A DNA stretch of 64,000 nucleotides from Myxococcales bacterium (GTDB taxonomy: Bacteria > Myxococcota_A > UBA9042 > JABWCM01 > BTVJ01): contig BTVJ01000012.1 in the NCBI GenBank assembly GCA_045863395.1, positions 84,367 through 148,366 of the forward strand, in the 5' to 3' direction. Of this stretch, positions 63,601 through 64,000 are shown piece by piece. The notes under the pieces are model-generated. The model made no database searches and was not told the DNA's origin. It saw only the letters and a list, made by a program, of their open reading frames with translations. Position numbers and translations under genes: made by a program. Each line of letters begins with the position of its first letter. Position 1 is the first letter of the stretch.

Positions 63601-63723
63601 ATCCCCGCGTTGGATCTCTCGGGCGTCGTCCCCGGCGTGCCGCCCGGCACCGAGCTGAAGCTCGGCGACCTGTCCGTCGGCAAGTCCAAGGGGTTCATCT
63701 CGCTGAACGGGGATCTGGAGTAG
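60613..63723 (+). CDS. Large lipoprotein with Ig-like repeats and a putative BPI/LBP-like C-terminal region
   Basis: Lipobox TLVAC; repeated G(S/T)YE(V/I)TC beta modules; DATPPTL...EATDKAGN Ig domain; DLLNELVHAVWWNG. Confidence 0.75.
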   Translation: MTVRSRLAIALSAATLVACSDDSVTSYNPEDLSVDTGVSALVVSPGMPFDVTCTVSHNADGVVELPTVVLVTPEASVAIADHRVTPNKVGTLSVACALADFPQVYDPTPESVLVTQNAAAGVETVLEPSKIGAGSVSDVRCQPFNQQGAKVEAPTTVAVSPTEGIVLDDHAITGEKVGSYEVTCSLTDAPTIRDSTPALLTVIPGAPAKVTTKLEGESVPAGGTVGITCLVEDAYGNPITDAATSATTSPAEGVTISEKTLSAGKAGTYEITCHVAGKEDAAEVPATLVVEGGKPVAVDLVVDPVKQGYAVGDVAKFSYTVTDAFGNALDVPATFSAPSSGVAKKAELTYELTGEGAHTFTVTLDPPNQAISDSETLMVDATPPTLIITWPPRGQTLTGDQTVTVTGEVHDAVAGVKQVNVNGGLVTPAADGTFSFQIKSAHGLNPVLAEATDKAGNYAKATVAYYFSSDYMPFEGVEPPAVALDDSLRMFLSQDIIDDGVHDPAHVDDLATLVEILIANVDLTQLGIGQVFQQSFPVINQPLGSFNIPIINQQVNLALTGTAIVTVTISKVELSSKPTISLTSVDGGIFFEGQLPQVAGKPGLSLTLTVSIALDMFVGGQTALGPIGGALAPQVLTDTTMAIADVQFSTTIKIAKQPGQELQVKTTGIVPKMSGLSIKPLQNTYVDLGDLVVQIPVLGNVVSIPMGTIPLDSLVGPLGDLIGNFASPLLDALVPLLATFLGPVLDGPASDAIKSVLESVEIDQDIDLPALLGNGGATMKLLASLSTVLFKPSGGTLGLRTGAWSEKAVDYDPLGSLLRDACMGAETGDFTFSEQTPMSVALHMDLLNELVHAVWWNGFFDMAAGPEELAELSEEVAKYGVQDLALTFLLPPVLTDCNAKGLLRLQIGDGFVQVKMNFLGLDVEAEMFVTMELDANIKASGNEVGITVNGVTLFQVHIVKVSDTFKGNEAALEDAIKALLLPQIEKLAGDSLGAFPIPALDLSGVVPGVPPGTELKLGDLSVGKSKGFISLNGDLE

Positions 63724-63855
63724 GCCCTCCGTCTCGCGCAGTCTGATCGAAGCGCACCTTCGCCCTACCGCCACAACGGGACTGTCGCGTCCCTGGCGGT
63801 CTCGTCAAGCCCGTCGATGCACGATGCCGCGCGGCCCAGCAGCCGGCAGCGGGAC

Positions 63856-64000
63856 CTGCCCACGCGGAGCCACTTGGCGCCAGACACCCTCGGGATACCA
63901 ACTCACGTGGGGCCACCCTGGGCCGGGCGCTCCGGGGTACCAACCCACGTGGGGCCACCTTGGGCCCGGCGCTCCGGGGATGGCAACTCACGTGGGGCCA
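63856..64000. repeat. Tandem 42-43 bp repeat array, at least 3.4 units, truncated by the window edge
   Basis: CAACYCACGTGGGGCCA at 63899, 63941 and 63984, plus a degenerate unit near 63856; linkers near-identical. Confidence 0.85.

Noticed and set aside
63856..64000. CRISPR array
   Set aside because: Sequences between the conserved cores are near-identical rather than unique spacers, the period is too short, and there are no cas genes in the window.
63899..64000. Canonical parS sites
   Set aside because: Only the CACGTG core matches; the flanks are not GTTY/RAAC and are not palindromic. Kept only as a variant-site hypothesis.

Overview
Very GC-rich bacterial chromosomal segment, most likely Myxococcota. 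Support for this: three MYXO-CTERM-type C-terminal sorting signals, a bacNOP-like bactofilin trio, a DUF507 gene and a myxobacterial-type NusA insertion. It is mostly housekeeping DNA: the rimP-nusA-ylxR-infB-ylxP-rbfA-truB-rpsO-pnp-dut superoperon, gap, hutU, miaB, malQ, glgA, mgtE, pntAAB, recA, comM, a degP-like gene and tRNA-Phe. These are interspersed with large uncharacterised surface proteins. No integrase, transposase, prophage, CRISPR array or recognisable defence island was seen. Most unusual signals: (1) a comM-recA operon behind a good sigma54 promoter with an IHF-like site; (2) a lipoprotein made only of four tandem double-OB-fold repeats with no nuclease domain; (3) a secreted protein joining a CglF/GltF-like motif to a degenerate vWA-like domain; (4) a 1036-aa Ig-repeat lipoprotein with a BPI/LBP-like C-terminus; (5) a non-coding 42-43 bp tandem array with a CACGTG core running off the right edge. 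All domain calls come from motif recognition by eye, not database searches. Start codons were adjusted from the ORF track using RBS and homology reasoning.
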